Positions 23,011-34,858 of a stretch of DNA of 64,000 bases are shown in pieces (the first letter of the stretch is position 1; the number at the start of each line of letters is the position of its first letter). Location of the stretch: assembly GCA_030704615.1 (NCBI GenBank), contig CM060731.1, positions 52,328,001 through 52,392,000 of the forward strand. The letters are read 5' to 3'. The notes under the pieces were generated by a model. The model was not told the DNA's origin, ran no database searches, and saw only the letters and a list, made by a program, of their open reading frames with translations. The stretch is from Takakia lepidozioides (Eukaryota; Plantae; Bryophyta). A program made the position numbers and the translations under genes.

Positions 23011-26000
23011 GCAGCTAACTATTTCTCTCTTCTAGCAGCTCACTTAAGCCTATCATCTCTTCTGCTTCCTTTTCCAGCATGACCCTAGTGTAGACAGGCA
23101 TAGGTAGGACTAACACAGCTTACCTCCTATCCGCTGGAGCTTGCAGAAATTCTTCTCAGTTCGCCACACAGTGACAACTGATGTATTTGTGCTTGGGCAA
23201 GAGGTAGACCGCCTCACCCAACTGATCCCAGACTTCTCGGTCAGATTTGAGCCAAAACGAGACCTTAGCAATGGAGCGAATGATGCGTTCTTTGACAATT
23301 AGGGTATGGGAAGGGTATTCCAGTCCAGTTTCCAACATTCCAGTATCCGAGTCGAGTTCCAGTATTTTGTACTCTTGTCCATTGTTATAAAGATCATCTT
23401 GATTCATGTTCACCTACCATGCATTCGGCCACGCCGACCTTGACTTCTTGTTTAGTCTTGTACCTTAGTTTGATCTCTTGTTTCTATTCTGTCATGTTCT
23501 CGTCCTTGACAGTTTGGCGAGACTAAAGTTTGTTCTTTAGTTAGTTAAGATGGAAGGCACATTTGCGGAAATGGTCACCACATTGCAGAGTCTTCAGCTC
23601 CAGATGCAAGAACTTCGTACATCTACCGCTCGATTGCAAGCTGATCAGTCTCAAGATCTTGGCAACGCTCTCCACAATTTACAACAACAAATTTCAGAGT
23701 TAAAGGAATCGAACAATGGATCTTCAACCATACAAGTCCCTACTGCAACAGCCCCTACTGCAACGGTTCATCTTCAACAGATTACGAGAGATCCAAAGAT
23801 TAGCATGCCCGAGAAATTTGATGGGACGAGATCAAGATTTCGCGGTTTTGTTCAACAAGTACGACTGTTCCTACGACTACATCCACAACGCTACCCCGAT
23901 GAAGGTATTCAAGTGGGATTCGTGGGCACCCTTCTGTCAGGCATTGCCCTATCTTGGTTTGCACCGCTATTAGAAAAACATTCGCATTTATTATACAATT
24001 TTGAAGCATTCATGTCCGAGTTCACTGCAATGTTTGGAGAAAATGATAGAGAGAGAGTTGCAGAAACAAAGATGCGAAATCTTTGACAATGAGCACGTCA
24101 TGTTTCCGTTTATGCTGCCGAATTTCGACAACTTGCGTGCGACCTCGACTGGAATGAGAAGAGCCTCATTAGTCAGTTTCGATGTGGGCTAAAAGATAAT
24201 ATAAAAAATTTGTTGCTGACAATGCCAAACGTGAGCACACTAAGTGAATTCATCACCCAAGTCATTGCATGCGATAATCGTTTGTTCGAAAGACGTCAAG
24301 AGAAGCGATCTGGATGGTCTACGACGCATCATGTCACTGCTACTACGACACCAAACACAACGATCCATCAGACATCCAGTAGTGATCCTATGCAGATTGA
24401 TGCTGTCCGATTCAAGCCATTGACGCCACAAGAAAAACAAAGACGACGCTCGAATGGATTATGCCTCTATTGCGGAGAAGAATATCACATAGCATTAAAC
24501 TGCCCCAACAAGAGAAGATTCAAAGCTCGGGGCATAACTCAAGTGTTCGATACAAGGAGGTCGGAAAACGAAGATGTCCAGTCACAGTAGGGACCATGCG
24601 GCTGGACACCACAAATTCCTTACCAAAAAAATGTCTCTTTCTACCTCCAGACCCTGCACCTTGCTTCACAGTTCCGGTTAAAATCAGAGTGCAAAATCGA
24701 GATATCACTGTAGAAGCACTTTTGGACTCAGGAACTTCAGCTTGTTTTATGGACAAAAACTTTGCGAAGCAAAACAATTTAATGCTCGTAAAGAAGAAAC
24801 TTTCGGCCCCCGTTGAAGTCATCGATGGACAACCATTAGCATCAGGAAATGTGGACCATGAAACTCGACCACTTGAAGTGAAGCTTAAAGATCAAGCATC
24901 ACATATTGTTTTCAATGTCATCCAGTCTCTAACGAATCATGTGATCCTTGGACTTCCCTGGTTCATACTTCACAATCCCGACATCGACTGGCGATCGCGA
25001 AAATTTTTTGCAAGACAAAAATGTAGAAATAGCAAAGGTATTCAACCCCTATGCCTTGGAGCTAGAGCTTTCATGAGAGCTACCAAAAAGGAGGCGACAT
25101 TTGCACTTTATGCGACTCCGATCAAGACCACAACAGACAAAGGTACTTCAACATTACCCGCTCAATATTAAGATTTCAAAGATGTCTTCGAGAAGAAAAA
25201 TGCAGTCATATTGCCAGAACATCGACCTTATGACTGTGCAATTGAGTTACAAGAAGAAGCCCAACCACCATTCGCTCCAATCTATAACTTATCATAGACG
25301 GAGTTGGCTGCATTACGTGAATACATTGATGAAAATTTGTCGAAGCACTTCATCCGACATTCAAAATCACCCGCGGGGGTGCCTATCTTGTTTGTGAAAA
25401 AGAAGGACGGATCATTACGCATGTGTGTCGACTATCGCGGTCTCAACAAAGTCACAATCAAGAATCGTTATCCGTTGCCACTGATTTCTGGGCTTCTCGA
25501 CCAGCTGGGACGAGCGAAGATTTTCACCAAAATCGACTTGAGAGGAGCTTATAACCTTGTACGGATAAAAGAAGGAGACGAATGGAAAACAACTTTTCGA
25601 ATAAAGTATGGACATTTTGAATACAGTGTTATGCCTTTCGGTCTTACAAATGCTCCAGCAATTTTCCAACATATGATGAATGACATCTTTCGAGAATTTT
25701 TAGATGACTTTGTAGTCATCTATTTGGACGACATTTTGATATTTTCACAGAATGAAGAAGAACATGGCCGCCATGTATGCCTTGTCATTGATAAATTAAG
25801 AGAAAAAAAATTATATGCCAAGTTGGAGAAATGTCTTTTCTATCAATCTGAGGTCGAATTTCTGGGCTACATTATTTCCGACAAATGCGTCTTTATGGAT
25901 CAGAAGAAAATACAGACCATCATCGAGTAGATTAAACCAACTTCGGTCCGAGATGTACAATGTTTTCTGGGCTTTGCAAATTTCTATAGAATCTTCATCA

Positions 26001-28084
26001 ATGACTACTCCAAAATTGCTGCACCATTGACACGACTCACAGGGAATGACAAATTTGTATGGGACGAGAAGGCTGACCAAGCATTTGAAAGGCTGAAGTA
26101 GGCACTTACAACGGCTCCCATACTGGTACATGCAGACCCATCTAAGCCATTCTTTTTAGAAGCAGATGCATCGGACTTTGCACTTGGCATGGTACTCTCA
26201 ATACGGTACAGATGGCCGACTCCACCCTGTTGGTTTTCGTTCTCGCAAATTTTCCACTGCGGAGATCAATTATAAAATCCATGAAAAAGAACTTCTAGCA
26301 ATTATCGATGTTTTTGAGGAGTGACGACATCTATTGGAGGGAGGTAAACATCATGTCACTGTCTATACCGATCACAAAAACCTCGAATATTTTATTAGTG
26401 CTCGTGTTTTGAATCGACGTCAAGCGAGATGGAGTATGTCACTAGCAAGGTTTGAATTTGTTATTACCTACCGTCCTGGACATCTTCAAGGAAAACCAGA
26501 TGCTCTTTCTCGACGATCGTATCTTGCGCCAAAAGAAGGGGATGCAGCTTTTGACCAACAAAAATCCATCATCCTGAAACCAGCAAATCTCCAATTGAAT
26601 ATGCTATCCATGTCCACCTATGACGATGCAGAGATCATAAAGGAGATTCAGGAAGCACTGAAGAACGACCATTTTGCTACGACACTACGAAGTCAACTAA
26701 ATCAACCTCGAGACAACCTACATATTACAAACGACTTCGAATTCAAATATGGCTTACTTTACTTCAAAGGACTTCTTTATGTTCCTCCAGGACCTACACG
26801 ACTTCGAATTCTTCAAACATGTCATGATCTTCCGGCTGCAGGACATTTCGGCTTCAACAAAACATTGGAGTTGATATCCAGGGACTATTGGTGGCCGCAG
26901 ATGTGGAAACACGTGAAAGAATTTATAAAATCTTGCGACACGTGTGCTAGAGCGAAGGGACCACGACATCGACCTTACGGCCTTCTTCAACCATTACCCA
27001 TTCCCAAGGGTCCATGGTCGTCCCTGTCTATGGACTTTATTACGGACCTTCCAATTTCCAAGACCACCGATTCAATCCTTGTTATTGTAGATCGTTTTAC
27101 GAAGATGACACATTTCATTCAATGTAATAAGACGGTTACCGGCGAGGAAACTGCAAGACTCTTCCTCAATAATATCTACCGCATTCATGGACTCCCGAAG
27201 GACATCGTATCTGATCGAGGACCATAGTTCATATCAAATTTCTGGAGGGGATTATTTCACATATTGGATACTAAGATCAACCTCTCTACAGCTAATCATC
27301 CACAGATTGATGGTCAAACCGAACGTATAAATCAGATTTTGAAGCAGTATCTTCGTTGTACGATAAATTATCACCAAGATAATTGGACGGACCTTCTGTC
27401 ATTGGCTGAGTTTGCCTACAACAACACTATACATTCTTCGACCAAGCAAACTCCATTTTTCTCCAATTATGGTCATCATCCTCGAGCAAATCATTTCCAC
27501 ATGAAAACTGTTGGAAGCCCTGCTGCAGAAAACCTTGCTACTCATCTTGCTACAATTCACTAGGAGCTTACATCTCACCTCGCAGAAGCTCAAAAACAAT
27601 ACAAAGAGTATGCAGATCAACGTCGCCAACTCCAACCCCAGTTCAAGGTCGGAGATCGTGTGTGGCTTCTTCAACGGGACATACAAACCTCGCAACCATC
27701 AAAGAAGTTGGATTATCAACGCCTGGGACCATTCAAAATTATTTGACAAATAAATCCGATCAGTTTTCGGCTTGAACTCCCACGAAGTATGCGCATCCAT
27801 CCAGTCTTTCATGTTTCACTATTGGAGTTGTATCATCCATCGAATATTCCAGAGAGAGTTTCTGTACCACCTCCACCAATGGAAGTCAATCAGGAAATTG
27901 AATATGAAGTCGACGAAGTCCTAGACTCTCGCATTAAGTATAAACGTCTTGAGTATTTTGTACATTGGAAAGGCTACGACATCAGCAAACGAACGTGTGA
28001 ATCTTCCTCCAACCTCGTCAATGCCTCTGACAAAGTCCAAGAGTTTCATCAACGATATCCAGCTAAGCCTCGAGCTACACGTCA

Positions 28085-28636
28085 ATGAAACATCACAACG
28101 ATGATGTCAGCCAAGCTAGCTTCAAGGAGAAGACTCCACATTCAATGTACCTGATACACATTAAGGAGGGAGGAGCACCACACATCAGTATATATAGCTA
28201 CACTTCCAGCACTCTTGCATCTTGTATTGGCAGCATGGAGTCACAAGAACCAGATACATTGGAGTGGTTGCTTACCCAACTACCAGATCAGCTGTTCTGA
28301 CTCTCACGACCTTCAACATCACGCCGACGCTCTCGAGACGATGGGCCACCAATGCGACGCGTACTTCCTCGTCTGGACCCCGTACGATGGCAAGTGGAGC
28401 CTACTCGAAGTCTGATAATTCTGTTGGAGGTTGAGGCTTCGGACCCAGAGGGCAACGAAATCATGTTTGAAGACAGCTTCGAAAATCAGAATGCTCAAAT
28501 TACTGCGTGGTCCCAAGTTCAAGGTGTTGGACACTATTGATGGTTACAGGGACCTAAAAATCATTTGAGTCAAGAACGAAAAGCCGAATACTTGGCAAGT
28601 ACCATTCGTCGGATTTTGGATTTTCTCCAACTCTAA
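28085..28636 (+). pseudogene. Additional ORF of unknown function between pol and the PPT (183 codons, two in-frame TGA stops)
   Basis: ORFs 28085-28300 and 28352-28540 share a frame that continues to TAA 28636. The ATG overlaps the pol stop codon (ATGA). Confidence 0.5.
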
Positions 28637-28690
28637 GTAAGTCCAAGATTTTACCGCTCCTCGAGGACCTGGCGCTAGAGGAGGGGGTGA

Positions 28691-29309
28691 TGTCACGGAC
28701 ATAGCCCAGAGGAACTTACCAGGAGTAAATACCAGAAGTTACCATGTTACCATGTTACCGAAAGTTACCATGATTTACCATTACTTACCAAGTTATCGAG
28801 AGTTTACCAAATTACCAAGAGTAACTTGGGAAACTACTCAGAAATCTTCATTTGGAGGAAACTTCTCCATCAAGATACCTCCTTCGTTTAAGGAAGCTTC
28901 TCCATCAAGAAACCTTTGTTTAATCTTGGAAACTTCTCCAGCAAGAAACCTCCATAGGGGAAGCTTCTTGGGGAAGCTTCTTAGTAGCCAGTATATATAG
29001 GAGGCAAGACTGGACACTCTTCAGTCTCGCCAACACAAGTTCAAGCTACTCTTGTTCCAAGTCCAGTACTCCAGTCCAGCTTCCAGTATGCAGTCTAGTT
29101 TCCAGTATCTGGTATTCCAGTCCAGTTTCCAGCATTCCAGTATCCGAGCCGAGTTCCAGTATTTTGTACTCTTGTCCATTGTTATAAAGATCATCTTGAT
29201 TCATGTTCACCTACCATGCATTCGGCCACGCCAACCTTGACTTCTTGTTTAGTCTTATACCTCTAGTCTGATCTCTTGTTTGTGTTCTGTCATGTTCTCG
29301 TCCTTGACA
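28691..29309 (+). repeat. 3' LTR of Gypsy copy 2
   Basis: TGTCACGG...CCTTGACA directly after the PPT, with TATATATA at 28992. It matches the partial 5' LTR and the LTR of copy 1. Confidence 0.93.
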
Positions 29310-29500
29310 CCTTCAAGAGTGTTGATTCTGGAGGGTCGAGATGGCATGGTATAGAAAGACAATGTGCGCAATTGTCCGTCATGTCACCTTCCACATGTGC
29401 ATGGGGAGGATAGATCCCAACCTTGCAGTGGTACCTGCAGGGTTGCGTTGCATGCTATGTGGGCATGCTGGTGGTGCTGCGACCATGTTGGTGTGTGACT
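29310..29500 (+). mobile_element. Fragment resembling a Gypsy integrase C-terminus leading into a PHD finger
   Basis: Frameshifted VLILEGRDG...KDNVRNC...CHLP...IDPNLAVVPAGLRCMLCGHAGGAATMLVCD. CxxC...MLVCD is the start of a PHD finger. Confidence 0.55.
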
Positions 29501-29779
29501 CTCCCAAGAACGGCGAGCTCGCTTCTCCTCATCTCCTCTCCTCCTCCTCTTCTCCTTCGTGCATCATTTGCTCAACGCCTCCATCCCACGCCCCTGCATA
29601 TCCTGCTATCATCGCGTTCCATCCCTCGGCTATGTGGTGTGGCGCAGGAGACAAAAAAAGGCCAAGTCCCAGCCCTCCTTTCTGTTCACGATTACCCTAA
29701 TGGCCAACCTTATTAGCAATTTTTTAATTTTTTTAAACCTAATGGGCAACCTTATTTGCATTATATGTGCCTTCAAAAT

Positions 29780-30075
29780 GACACGTGTAGTGATGTAGTC
29801 GTATAAATAGAGCTGTGAAACCATCTTCAGTCATGGAGTCATAAGATTCCATGAAACGTCGTCCACGTGTAGTTAAACATATCACACTAGTCATCATGGT
29901 CAACAATTTTTTACCAATGCTCCCTAACTTTCCGGAGTCATGTAGTGATATCCATTACTACAAAGTCATAAAACTATGACTGCAATGCATTTCAGCGCTC
30001 TGTAGTCATCTACCTAGTGCAGTTTTTATGACTCCGCCAAAGCCGTAGTCCTAAAAACGCTCATCTCTTGTAATG
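29780..30075 (+). mobile_element. CACTA transposon right end
   Basis: Ends ...ctcttgtaatg. Its reverse complement CATTACAAGAGATGAGCGTTTTTAGG resembles the left end at 10771. It carries agtcat/atgact subterminal repeats. Confidence 0.55.
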
Positions 30076-33000
30076 ATGAAATACTACATGCTAGTGAGGG
30101 TTAATCAGCACAGGTGTAGTTGTTACTGACAATGTAAGTTCCTCAAAAGCCTGTTGACATTCAGCTGTCCATGCAAACACTGCATCTTTCTTCAGAAGCT
30201 TGCTCAATGGTGTTGCTATCTGTGCATACCGTCTGACAAATCTTCTGTAATAACTGGTTTGTCCAAGGAATCTCCTTAGACTCTTAACATTTACTGGTGG
30301 TGGAGAGGCTTTAATGGCCTCTGTCTTTCTGGGATCCACAAGAAGTCCCCTCTTACATACAATGTGTCCCAAAAGCACCCTTGAGTTCACACAGAAAGTA
30401 CATTTCTCTGGATTTAGGCCCAGACCTCTCATCCTGCATCTGGCCAAACATAACTCCAATTTATGCAAGTGCTCATTCTTAGAGCTATACACACTGAAAT
30501 CATCCAAGAACACCTACATGAAATCATCCAAATACTCATGAAAGATTCACTTATCACTCTCTGAAAGGTTACTAGTGCATTACAAAGTCCAAAATGCATG
30601 ACTTTGTATGCATAAGCACCCCAGTCTGTGATGAAAGTTGTCTTTCCCTGGTCTTCTTCTGCCACTTGCACTTGATTATAACCACTGAAGCCAACCATGA
30701 ATGAGTACATCTCATGGCCTGCCACAAAGTGTCCAATACTCTTAGCTTCCTCAAAGAATTCTGGCTCCAAATCAGCCTCTACCTTCACCATCCTCGGTTC
30801 CTCTTCAGTTCCCACATTCATTTCTCTCACCTGCTCATCAGTTGTGATTGTCCAACCAGTCACCACTTCATCCTGTAAACTCACATAGGCTGGTTCTTCT
30901 AGGATTTCCATTTCTCCCTCTCTTTCTTTATAGAATTGTGGTGGGTAACTGCTTGTTTCACCCTCAATTGGTGTCGCTGTCACTACACCACAGCAGATAC
31001 CTTTTAAACAACTTAGGCCTTCCAGCTGCATCTTTGCAACCTGCTCCCACTCTGGGTGTGCAGCGAACAGGGTAGCTTCTTGCTCCTCAACAAGTCCTCC
31101 CCTCCAGTCATACTCCCTGACCCCTCGAGGTCTTCTCGTAGCAGGTAGTCTATTAGATTTCTTAGTGGTGATTTGTATCTTGTGCATCCCATCATGCACA
31201 GTTAGTAACTGGGAATTCCAGTCATGGAATACCCTGGCCTATTTCAGCCACAGTCGACCTAGCAATAAGGAGTAAGCTTCCATGACTTCATCCATTTTCA
31301 ACACAGTTACTGTGATCTTAAAGATCATCTTTTGAATCTGTATCTTAACTCCTCTTATCAATCCCAATGGCTGTACACTTCTTTGATCTGCCATTGTTAC
31401 TGTAAATGGGGCTGGTTTCATGTTACTTAGACCAAGCTTCTGCCTTAATTGGTCTTTCATGATATTCACTCCAGAGCCTCCATCTATCAGTACATCAGTT
31501 AGTTCTGTGCTTCCAATTCTCAATTGGATTACTGGCATAGAATCACCAAAGTCCATGACTGTTTCTCGCCCTTCCGGCTTCACATTATAACTGGTCAGCT
31601 TGCTGTTCAGGTCTGTGTTCCCTGTCACATGGGCAATTCGATTGATTGCTTGATACAGCCTATGTATACAATAAGGTGCCACAGCCAATAGCTGTCCAAT
31701 GGTAATCTCCGCTTTGGTCTGGCATATTACTTCAGCCAAAGTCCCTTCATTACTCTGCATTTCCGCAGCTTCTTTCTTCCCTTCATCCTCACTCTCTTCC
31801 TCTTCTCTTTCAGAATCAGAGGAATCTGCCATAGGAATATCAGTACTCTTCTGCATTTCCCTTATGGTATCTGCCACTTCCTTGTGCAGTTCCTTCTCAT
31901 CTCTCCAAGCCTTATCATCTTCAAGCACATCACTGCCATCTTCATTATCATCACCTTCCACATCTACTGGAGGTATTATTTTGGCTTTGCTTCTGGTTAC
32001 TATCATTGTACTTACTTCTGGTACAACACATGGCCTAACCATGTGAGCTACCACCACTGGCCCCTCATTCACAGGAGCTCTCATCTCATTCTGGTGTCTG
32101 ATCCGGAATGGACAGGTTGCCTTCCGATGTCCTGATTACAATAGTAACACAGTTCTTCCCCATTAGGTCCTCGCCCTTGGTCTGTTCCGGGATTGTTTCT
32201 GTAATCCTGATTCCCTGGCTGGTAATTCCCTCTTGGATTACCTCTCCCTTCCATGCCATTGTTATAACCACCAAGCCTACCATAGTGGTCCCGATCACTG
32301 TTTCTTCTTGGTTGGGGCTGCACTTGATGCACCCTTACTTGCCTAGGTTATCTTGCTGCTGTCCTTCTGTTGTAGTAACAATTCTCAGTAGAATGGTTAT
32401 CCATTTTATAGGTAGTATAGTGTTTCTCCTTCATGTGGCATTCAGTGGTGGTATGGCCTTCATTCTGGCATTTTGCACACCAAACACCCTTCCTCCAATG
32501 TGTTGCAGCCTCTGTGGCATACTTCTTCAAGATTTCTTCTAATATTTTCTCATAGGTATCCCTCTTCAACGTTTCCTTCTTCTTACTCTTCCTCTTAAGC
32601 TCTTGCTCTTCTTCCTCATCTGACTCATCCTCAGAGTCCTCATCATCCCTTTTCTCTCTCTTGAGCATTCCCAATTGCTCAATTCTGTTCGATGTTTCAA
32701 ATGCCTCCTCCACTGTATTATGGGGTAACATATCCACTTTCTTTTGCAACTCTGGTCTTAGTCCACTCACAAACCAAGTCTTCTGTAAACCTGGTGCTGG
32801 TACAGCAGCCAGCTTTTTCATCATCAATTCCATCTTTTCCATATACTCCTCAACAATTTCATGCTTTTGCTTTAACAGTTGTAAACTTCCATACACTTCA
32901 TCCTCAGTTTTACTTGTCCTGAACCTACTTTCGGAATGCTGTATTCAAGCCATTCCAGGTTAGGAAATGATTATTAGGGAATCTTGCATACCATTCACTT

Positions 33001-34856
33001 GCTTTCTTTATCAGTGAACAAGGGAACAGTCTCATCTTGGCATCATCGCCATTCTCATTGTTCACAATACACATGTGCTCAAATTGGCTAATGTGTACAT
33101 CAGGATCCCCTTTTCCTGAATATATTGGAAAAGGTGGTTTTGCTCGTGTTGGTTGTAATGCCATTTGTGGCCATACCCCCTGCCCACTTACAGGTGCTGG
33201 CCCCCTTGCTGGTGCTGGTCCTTGAGGACCTGTGGTAGTTGTGGTGGAACTTCCACCAAGTGCTGGCCCCTGAGCACTCCCTGCTACTGGCCCCACTATA
33301 TTCTCAGTATTCCCAGCTCCAGTTGCACTACTTCCCACACTCCCTGTCCCCCCAGAGCCAGATCCAGGCTGCCCGCCTAATCCCCCTGAGCCGACACCTT
33401 CGTTGGCCTGTGATCCAAGTGCTCCACTTGATCCAGGTCCAACGGGTTGGGATGTCCTGGTTGTAGTCTCAACCTCAGCTGTTGGGTCTACTTCTTCATA
33501 CTCTTCCTCTTCCAATTTCTTCTCTCTGTTTTCATCTTCCAAGTTCTGCCCTTGGGTTTCTTCTTCTTCACTCATGTAACTCAATTGCAATGGTGTTGGA
33601 GAGTCTGAACTCTCCGTTGGCTCTGCCACATCCTCTCCTCCTTCTTCGTCTTCCGTCTCAGAAACTGGAGTTCCTGCTTTTGGTGTTCCATGCCAACTCT
33701 TATCAAAGATTTCTGCTATCACATAAACCAGTGTTGGTAACCAACGTGCTCTTCCTCTACAGGCCACCTGATAAATCTTTATCACTCCTTTCTCCAGACC
33801 CCACTCAGGATCAGCATCATGTACTCTCTTAAGAATGTTTTCTTTACAACCGTCTGGCAATTCCAAGAACCTCTGAAAGAATTGTTTGGACAATCTTTCC
33901 TTCTCAGTTCCACAGGGAATTTGATTCACATCAAATTCTTTAATTCTCCAACCACCATGATCCCACCAGATTCCTGTCACATCTGGTTGTTCATGACCCA
34001 GTTCCCCAGTATGGTCGCCAAATGTCGAGCGGCTTTTACTCACCCATCCCTTCGCTATCTGAGGTAGAAACTCCAAGATAGAAGAGTTGGATATCTCTAA
34101 GCATTCAGCCCGCTCAGAACAATCAGTCATGATCTGCAGCTAGTGAATCATGGTTGTGCTTCCTATTTGTATTCCTTCCTGCCTTCATGTTATCAATTTA
34201 CCTTACTGTGTATACTGAAGCATCAGATTGCTTCAGTATCTACTAAGTTCCAATTAATCATGCATTCATTCCATAGCTTCTCTCGTGTCTCTCTACACAA
34301 TATGTTTGTATCGATTCAGTATTGGATTAAGATTAATCATGTATCATGCTTATGCCATGGTGTCTCTATTCTATCCTACTGTATAATTTTACAGCTTGCA
34401 TGAACTAAGCCTCATTCAAGTCATCATCTCCTCTTCACTGTTTTTCGCTCTCCGTTACGTCTCTTCCTCCCCTGAACAAGTCGCCCTCCTCAAGATGTGA
34501 TCCCCTTCCTGTTGCCGCGCTCCTAATCTACCCGCAAGTTGTTCTAACCACCTAACTAACTAACTGTCACCCCTGAAGTAACACGTTCCCTCCGCAGATG
34601 TCGTTCCCACACAGCCGTTCCCTGTCAATGATAGCTGTTCCCCATGTACTGTGATAGGCTGTGTCAAGCTGTGTCGGGCTGTGACTGGCTGTGCGAAGCT
34701 GTGTCGGGCTGTGTGAAGATGTGACGGGCTGTGTAATCCCCCTAAAGCAGGCTCCTACCACCCCTAAGGCTCATGTTGGTCTCAGTCTGCGCAAAAATTA
34801 AGGGTACCCCACAGAACCCGTAAAAGCGTCTAAGTCCCAAGCAGCTCTCTAACAAC
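30076..34856 (-). mobile_element. Ty3/Gypsy retrotransposon, second family (gag, protease, partial RT; 3'-truncated)
   Basis: gag (PIYSGKGDPDVHISQFE, LFPCSLIKKASEWY, CAKCQNEGH), protease (VLIDGGSGVNIM) and RT (FSGYNQV, FGLCNA, FLDDFSV, LRRFLGQTSYYRRFV). Frameshifts and an internal deletion are present. The 5' boundary is approximate. Confidence 0.9.
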
Positions 34857-34858
34857 AC

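Larger units (their letters stand above)
23314..29309 (+). mobile_element. Ty3/Gypsy chromovirus-type LTR retrotransposon, copy 2 (near full length, inactivated by stops)
   Basis: Partial 5' LTR 23314-23511, PBS 23514-23524, gag 23550-24590 with a zinc-knuckle-like CLYCG motif, and pol in the -1 frame (PR, RT, RH, IN, chromodomain YEVDEVLDSR...YFVHWKGY) ending at 28088. The PPT AGAGGAGGGGG precedes the 3' LTR 28691-29309 (TG...CA). Confidence 0.96.

Noticed and set aside
34740-34770. tRNA PBS (TGGTAGGAGCC) for the second Gypsy family
   Set aside because: It is not directly adjacent to a definable LTR end, and no second LTR is available to confirm it.
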